From: Actinomycetota bacterium
Lineage (GTDB): Bacteria > Actinomycetota > Geothermincolia > Geothermincolales > RBG-13-55-18
Reading direction: 5' to 3'
Assembly: GCA_030019255.1 (NCBI GenBank)
Contig: JASEFK010000001.1
Location: 25,012 to 89,011, forward strand
DNA: 64,000 nt
The translations under genes and the position numbers were made by a program. Shown piece after piece: positions 58,609 to 64,000 of this stretch. The notes beneath the pieces are model-generated. The model worked only from the letters and a program-made list of their open reading frames with translations. It did not search any database and had not been told where the DNA came from. Within the stretch, counting starts at the first letter, position 1, and the number at the start of each line of letters is the position of its first letter.

Positions 58609-59184
58609 ATGAGGATCATAGGCGGCGAGTCGAGGGGCAGGCGCATCAGGGCTCCGCGGGGAAGGGGCACCCGGCCCATGCGGGACTTCGTGCGCGAGGC
58701 GGTCTTCAACATGCTGGGTGGACGGGTACGGGGGGCCAGGGTGTTGGACCTCTTCGCCGGGAGTGGTTCCCTGGGCCTGGAGGCCCTGAGCCGGGGCGCC
58801 ACCGAGGCGGTGTTCGTGGACCGGGGAGGGGACCCCACAAGGGTAATCCAGGAAAATCTGGATATACTTGGCATGCAGGGGCGGGGCAGGGTGGTGAGGG
58901 CGGAAATACTGGATTTCCTGCGCCGTTATGCCCCGCCGGAGAAGCCCTTCGATTTGATTTTTATAGACCCGCCCTTTAGAATTGGTGTAAACTACAGGCA
59001 AGAAGTGTTGAATAAGTTAATCGAAGGCGGCTTCCTGGGGCCGTCTTCGGTGGTCATAATGGAGGCTCCACTGCGTAGTCCCACTCCGGAGCCTCCGCCC
59101 GGCTTGGAGTTCCGGGAGAGGAGGAAGTACGGGGAGACCGCGGTGGACGTTTACGTGCGGATGGAAAATGATGTAAAGAAGTGA
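58609..59184 (+). CDS. rsmD: 16S rRNA m2G966 methyltransferase
   Basis: MRIIGG..RG, LDLFAGSGSLGLEALSRGA, IFIDPPF, YG. Confidence 0.93.
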   Translation: MRIIGGESRGRRIRAPRGRGTRPMRDFVREAVFNMLGGRVRGARVLDLFAGSGSLGLEALSRGATEAVFVDRGGDPTRVIQENLDILGMQGRGRVVRAEILDFLRRYAPPEKPFDLIFIDPPFRIGVNYRQEVLNKLIEGGFLGPSSVVIMEAPLRSPTPEPPPGLEFRERRKYGETAVDVYVRMENDVKK

Positions 59185-59185
59185 G

Positions 59186-59710
59186 ATGGGAAGGCGGAAG
59201 ATGACCGTAGCCGTTTGTCCCGGTACCTTCGATCCCATAACCAGCGGTCACCTGGACGTGATACGCAGGGCGAGCCGCTTCTTCGAGCGCTTCATCGTGG
59301 CCGTGGCCGCCAACCCTGCGAAGCGTCCCCTGTTTACCCTGGAGGAGAGGATATATCTGCTGGAGAAAGCGGTGGAGGGACTGGAGAACGTGGAGGTCGC
59401 CGCCTTCGAGAGCCTCCTGGTGGATTTCGCCCGCCGAGTGGGAGCCACGGCCATCATCAAGGGCCTGCGCGCCCTTAGCGATTTCGAGTACGAGTTCCAG
59501 ATGGCCCAGATAAACCAGGCCCTCTCGGAGAACATCGAGACCTTCTTCGTCATGGCCAATCCCCAGTACACCTTCATAAGCTCCAGCGCGGTGCGGGAAC
59601 TGGCCAGCTACGGGGGTTGCGTAACCGGCCTGGTGCCGGAAAATATAGAGGGGGAGTTGATGGAGATGTTCAAGAAAAAATTCAGCCGTATGGGGAAAGG
59701 GGCGGTGTAG
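59186..59710 (+). CDS. coaD: Phosphopantetheine adenylyltransferase
   Basis: PGTFDPITSGH, KGLRALSDFEYE, ISSSAVRE. Confidence 0.96.
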   Translation: MGRRKMTVAVCPGTFDPITSGHLDVIRRASRFFERFIVAVAANPAKRPLFTLEERIYLLEKAVEGLENVEVAAFESLLVDFARRVGATAIIKGLRALSDFEYEFQMAQINQALSENIETFFVMANPQYTFISSSAVRELASYGGCVTGLVPENIEGELMEMFKKKFSRMGKGAV

Positions 59711-60193
59711 ATGGACGTCTTTCAGCAACTGGACCGGATCGAGGATCTCATCGTCTCCAGTAAACACGTTCCCTTCTCCAATTCGGTGATGGTCAACGAG
59801 GCGGAGCTCTTCGAGCTCCTGGACGAGTTTCGCAGCTCCCTTCCTGAGGAACTGAAGCAGGCCCGCTGGATGGTCAAGGAAAAGCAGGAGATCATGGAGG
59901 AAGCGCGCAAGGAGGCGGAGCGTATCCGGGAGGAGGCTCAGGAGGAGAGAAGGCGCCTCATCGAGGAGACGGAGATCATCAAGGCAGCCAGGGCGGAGGC
60001 GGAGAGGATCGTGGAGGAGGCCCAGGCCCAGGCGCGGGAAATACGCCTGGAGGCGGAGGACTACGCCGACGAACGCCTGGCCAACCTGGAGGTCACCTGC
60101 TACAAGCTCCTCGAGGTGATCAAGCGGGCCAGGGAGAGGTTGCAGGGCCGCGGGGAGGAGTCCGGGGAAAGGGAGGAAATGGATTTGGACTGA
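59711..60193 (+). CDS. Conserved coiled-coil protein typically found between coaD and yceD
   Basis: LPEELKQARW..KE..I..EA repeats; DYADERL; synteny. Confidence 0.75.
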   Translation: MDVFQQLDRIEDLIVSSKHVPFSNSVMVNEAELFELLDEFRSSLPEELKQARWMVKEKQEIMEEARKEAERIREEAQEERRRLIEETEIIKAARAEAERIVEEAQAQAREIRLEAEDYADERLANLEVTCYKLLEVIKRARERLQGRGEESGEREEMDLD

Positions 60194-60643
60194 GCTTTGG
60201 GTTCCCCGTCCGCTGAGCTTTTCCGCATGGCGCGAGGCCGGGCTGCCTCGCGCCTTTCGCGCTTCAAGGGAATGCCTTTCGGATTCCTCCGGAGGGGAGG
60301 CGATCCTCGAGGAAACGGCCTCCCGGGGTGGAGGATGTTCCTCGAACTTGCCATTCCTCGCGACATGGCTCACATTAGAAAGCGGGGACGAGCGCCGGCC
60401 ACACTCGCCCTGGTGCCCGGACCACCGCTCGGACGATGGCTCACCGGCCTGGAGGAGGGTAAACCCGTATCGATCCAGGCTCCGGGCAAGAACCTGGCAG
60501 TGGCTTAACGGGAAGTGGGGGATGGAGGTCTCGCGAGGAAACGCCTCCCCCCGGATCGGAGAGGGAGTTGCCCCGGTGATAACCGGGTTTCCGGGCGCTC
60601 GTCCAGGATGGCGAGGAATGGAGGGAGAGAGGAAGTGGAGCGC

Positions 60644-61219
60644 ATGGGCAAGACCCTCGATTCGAGGCTGCTCAAGGTCCCCGTGGCCGGCCTGATGAAG
60701 AAGCTGTTCACCCGGGAGAGGTTCGGCGCCGATCTCGACGTGGGGCTCGGCGAACAAGGCCTCTTCGAGAGGGGCGGCCGAGGCGGATTGAGGCTCGACC
60801 TCTGGCTGGAGAGCAGCCCCGACGGGATACGGGTCAAGGGCACCCTGCGGGGTTCCATGGCCCTGGAGTGCACGCGCTGCCTGGAGGAATACCGGCAGGA
60901 GCTGGACATCTGGGTGGACGAGTTTTACCGGCGCCCGGGCATCGGGGCGGTCTCCCCGGAGGGCAGGCCGTTGCCCCGGGAAATGGAGGTCCCGGAGGAT
61001 GACGAGTACCTCATAGAGGAAGGGACCATCGACCTAAACGTGCTGGTGAACGACGCCGTCATCCTCAACCTCCCCATCAAGCACCTGTGCAGCCCGGAGT
61101 GCCGGGGCCTGTGCCCCTACTGCGGGGCCAATCTCAACCGGGGCGATTGCGGGTGCCGGGTGGAGGAAATCGACCCCCGCCTGGAGGTCCTGCGCAAGTT
61201 GCTGGAGGAGGAGGCCTGA
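60644..61219 (+). CDS. yceD: YceD/DUF177 family protein
   Basis: CTRCL, LPIKHLCSPECRGLCPYCG.NLN, DPRLEVL. Confidence 0.9.
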   Translation: MGKTLDSRLLKVPVAGLMKKLFTRERFGADLDVGLGEQGLFERGGRGGLRLDLWLESSPDGIRVKGTLRGSMALECTRCLEEYRQELDIWVDEFYRRPGIGAVSPEGRPLPREMEVPEDDEYLIEEGTIDLNVLVNDAVILNLPIKHLCSPECRGLCPYCGANLNRGDCGCRVEEIDPRLEVLRKLLEEEA

Positions 61220-61324
61220 ACCCCCTTCCAGGGCCTGCGGGGATAGCGCGTGCTTTTCGCCCTCCCCGGGACGTTCGCGCCGGGGACCCCGGGACCTGTG
61301 TGCAGCGTCGAAGCAACCGTATCC

Positions 61325-61354
61325 TTGACCTCCCTTCCAGGAGCTAATTATACT
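61325..61354 (+). promoter_or_regulatory. Sigma70-type promoter upstream of rpmF
   Basis: TTGACC-N18-TATACT. Confidence 0.55.
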
Positions 61355-61413
61355 CGGATGGTATTTCGCGATTTCTCGATGGAAGGTAGCAAGGCAGAAA
61401 GACGGAGGTCGAC

Positions 61414-61590
61414 ATGGCGGTACCCAAGCGGAAGAAATCCCGCTCCCGCACCGCTTCCAGGCGGGCGCGCTGGACTTCCCGTCCGCTTCCCAGGTCCATA
61501 TGTCCACAGTGCCATTCCCTCAAGCTCCCCCACCGCGCCTGCCCCAACTGCGGGACCTACAACGGCAGGGAGATCCTGGAGACGGAGTGA
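61414..61590 (+). CDS. rpmF: 50S ribosomal protein L32 (below ORF-track cutoff)
   Basis: MAVPKRKKSRSRTASRRA...CPQCHSLKLPHRACPNCGTYNGR; RBS GGAGG. Confidence 0.96.
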   Translation: MAVPKRKKSRSRTASRRARWTSRPLPRSICPQCHSLKLPHRACPNCGTYNGREILETE

Positions 61591-61653
61591 ACGGGTTCGA
61601 TGCCGTTCTTTCCGCCTCCTGACCGTCCCGGGTGAGGAGTACCGGAGTTGAAG

Positions 61654-62661
61654 ATGTCCGGACCGCAGGTCGTAGTAGCCCTGGACGCCATGGGCGGGGA
61701 CCATGCGCCCCAGGCTACCGTGCGCGGGGCCCTGGACGCTCGCGATGAGCTGGGCATACGGGTCCTCCTGGTTGGTGACCGGGATGTTCTGCAGCGCAGC
61801 CTGGAGGAGGAGGGGAGGGGAGAACTGCCCATACTCCATGCCCCCGAGGTCATCGGCATGGAAGAGGAAGGGGCGCTGGCGGTCAGGAGCCAGGAGAATT
61901 CCTCCCTGGTGGTGGCGGCCACGGCGGTCCGGGAGGGAAAAGCCCAGGCCATGGTCTCGGCGGGCAACACGGGCGCGGCCATGGCCGCCTCCCTGTTGAG
62001 CTGGGGAAGGATCAGGGGAGCGAAGCGGCCTGCGGTGGCGGTAGTCCTTCCGCCCCCCGATTCCCCCACCCTGCTCCTGGATGCCGGAGCCAACGCCGAC
62101 TGCCGCCCGGAGCACCTGAGGCAGTTCGCCCTCCTGGGAAGCGCTTACGCCTCCCTGCGCTTCGGGCTGGAGAGGCCCAGGGTAGGTCTCCTGAACATCG
62201 GCTCGGAGGAGGGGAAAGGCAACCAGCTGGCCCGAGAGGCCTACGAGCTGCTTTCCTCCGAGGAGAGGATAAACTTCGTGGGCAATCTCGAGGGGAGGGA
62301 TATCGCCGGTGACGCGGCGGACGTGGTGGTGACCGACGGGTTCACTGGAAACGTCACCTTGAAGGTGGTGGAGGGAGTGGCCTCCTTCATCACCCGGAGG
62401 CTTCTCGCCGGCTTGAGCTCGCTGAGCGAGGAGGAAATGAAGCCCGTCCTGCCCACCCTGCTGAAGCTGAGGGAGGAATTGGATTACCGCACCATCGGAG
62501 GGGCGCCGCTGCTTGGGGTTAAGGGGGTGTGCATCATCGCCCACGGCAGCTCCGATGCCCTGGCGATCAAGAATTCCCTTCGCGTGGCCGCGGAGGCGGT
62601 GGAGATGGGGCTGGTGGAGCGGACGGAACTCCTCCTGGCGGGAAAGGGGCATGAGGGATGA
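61654..62661 (+). CDS. plsX: Phosphate acyltransferase PlsX
   Basis: ALDAMGGDHAP, SAGNTGA, LDAGAN, LLNIGSEEGKG, DGFTGNV, GGAPLLG, AHGSS. Confidence 0.96.
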   Translation: MSGPQVVVALDAMGGDHAPQATVRGALDARDELGIRVLLVGDRDVLQRSLEEEGRGELPILHAPEVIGMEEEGALAVRSQENSSLVVAATAVREGKAQAMVSAGNTGAAMAASLLSWGRIRGAKRPAVAVVLPPPDSPTLLLDAGANADCRPEHLRQFALLGSAYASLRFGLERPRVGLLNIGSEEGKGNQLAREAYELLSSEERINFVGNLEGRDIAGDAADVVVTDGFTGNVTLKVVEGVASFITRRLLAGLSSLSEEEMKPVLPTLLKLREELDYRTIGGAPLLGVKGVCIIAHGSSDALAIKNSLRVAAEAVEMGLVERTELLLAGKGHEG

Positions 62662-63395
62662 GGCTGCGGAGGAGACGTCGGAAGAGGCTGCCGGTGGAGG
62701 AACTTCTGGGCGTCACCTTCCGGGATCCGAAACTTCTCTCCCAGGCGCTGACTCACCGCTCCTACGCTCACGAGGCTTCCCTGGAGACCGGGGAGACCAA
62801 CGAGAGGCTGGAGTTCCTGGGGGATGCCGTGCTGGACCTGGTTATCTCCGACCACCTCTTCCGCCATTACCGCGACCTGGACGAGGGGAAGCTGACCCGC
62901 ATCCGTTCCTACCTGGTGAACATGAGCTCGTTGGCCGAGCTGGCCCGGGAGATAGGCCTGGGCGAACACCTCCTGCTCAGCCGGGACGAGCGCGCCGACG
63001 GGGGAGCGGAAAAATCCTCCATCATCTCCGACGCCCTGGAGGCGCTGATCGGGGCCGTTTATCTCGACCAGGGGCTGGAGGCGGCACGAGAGATGGTGCT
63101 GCGCATCTTCAGGGAACGCCTGGAGGAGGCGGCCAGCGGTGACCTGGACTTCGATTACAAGTCCCGGCTCCAGGAACTGGCGGTCAAGGAGAAGGGGGTC
63201 CTTCCCCGCTATCGCCTGCGGGAGGAGGGGCCGGACCACTGCAAGGTGTTTCATGCCGTGGTCTACGTCGGGGACCGCAGGATGGGCTCGGGGAGCGGCA
63301 GCTCCAAGAAGGAGGCCGAGCAGGCGGCGGCCAGGGACGCCCTCCGCCGCCACAAGGATATGGGGGCAGGACGCGGAAAGCCCGGCAGGAAGTGA
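62658..63395 (+). CDS. rnc: Ribonuclease III
   Basis: ALTHRS, NERLEFLGDAVL, DALEALIGA, DYKSRLQE, GSSKKEAEQ. Confidence 0.97.
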   Translation: MRLRRRRRKRLPVEELLGVTFRDPKLLSQALTHRSYAHEASLETGETNERLEFLGDAVLDLVISDHLFRHYRDLDEGKLTRIRSYLVNMSSLAELAREIGLGEHLLLSRDERADGGAEKSSIISDALEALIGAVYLDQGLEAAREMVLRIFRERLEEAASGDLDFDYKSRLQELAVKEKGVLPRYRLREEGPDHCKVFHAVVYVGDRRMGSGSGSSKKEAEQAAARDALRRHKDMGAGRGKPGRK

Positions 63396-63724
63396 GGCCG
63401 ACCATCCGGTTCCGTCGGTCAATGGGGCGGCAGGAAAAGGCGTGAGGGGTCCGATGCAGGTCTTAGAGCGCTGCTCCGCGGGGAGGCCCGTCTGGAGAAG
63501 GATAAAGATGCACCTGGGTCCCGGAACGGCAGCCGGGGGATATGATACCTGGGTGTGGGGCTAAGGAATCCGGGCAGCGCCGCCGGTGAGCACCGGGGTT
63601 CCGCGAATGGGGGGATTACGACGGTCCCGGTAACCAAAGACCTCGTTATCGGTTAATTTTTATATATCTCAGCGAGTTCAACGGAGGGTGTGGATTCCAT
63701 CAACAGGGAAAGGGGGAAGCGAAA

Positions 63725-64000
63725 ATGGCCGCTATCGGTATCGTCACCGACTCCACCGCCTATCTCGACCCGGAGTATGTGGGCAAACATGACATCAAGG
63801 TGGTCCCTCTGAAGGTCATCCTGGACGACGTCTCCTACCGGGAAGGTGTGGACATCAGCAATGAGGAGTTCTACCGGCGCCTGAAGCAGCCCGGGGTTTT
63901 TCCCACCACCTCTCAGCCCTCGGCGGGGGAATTCCTGGAGGCTTACAAGGAGATGTCCGGCAAGTATGATTCCCTCGTAAGCATCCATATCTCGGCCGGC
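63725..64000 (+). CDS. DegV family fatty-acid-binding protein (FakB), 5' part only
   Basis: IVTDSTAYL, VPLKV, PTTSQPS, IHIS; runs off the window end. Confidence 0.9.
   Translation, partial: MAAIGIVTDSTAYLDPEYVGKHDIKVVPLKVILDDVSYREGVDISNEEFYRRLKQPGVFPTTSQPSAGEFLEAYKEMSGKYDSLVSIHISAG

Overview
High-GC (visually ~65%) bacterial window, nearly all chromosomal, with no transposase, integrase or CRISPR array seen. The gene content (tandem WYFAEG-repeat surface protein, Hdr-Flox, Etf, Thi4, rpmB-asp23-DAK2-recG and yceD-rpmF-plsX-rnc blocks) suggests an anaerobic, deep-branching Actinomycetota such as Ca. Geothermincolia; this is inference. Left to right: a MEDS/PAS/GAF histidine kinase; CoA-transferase A/B, acyl-CoA synthetase, FAD oxidoreductase and a BKACE enzyme; cobO plus a split B12 mutase with isobutyryl-CoA mutase specificity residues; an HdrD-like/EtfBA/HdrA/MvhD/Flox-like operon; two L,D-transpeptidases; class II photolyase with DUF523-DUF1722; a Na/Pi symporter; crotonase and acyl-CoA dehydrogenase; a preQ0 cluster (queD, queC, queE) interleaved with a 2-hydroxyacyl-CoA dehydratase-like Fe-S protein, its ATP-dependent activase, DUF366 and a methyltransferase (best candidate for an undescribed system); tRNA-Arg(CCG) followed by TPR and Sm/LSm-like genes; a TPP-riboswitch thiamine operon; a broken kinase-like/aminotransferase locus with three in-frame TAA codons; and core genes. 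A ~55-60 bp hairpin repeat occurs three times. All family assignments are motif recognition from memory; no database search was run.
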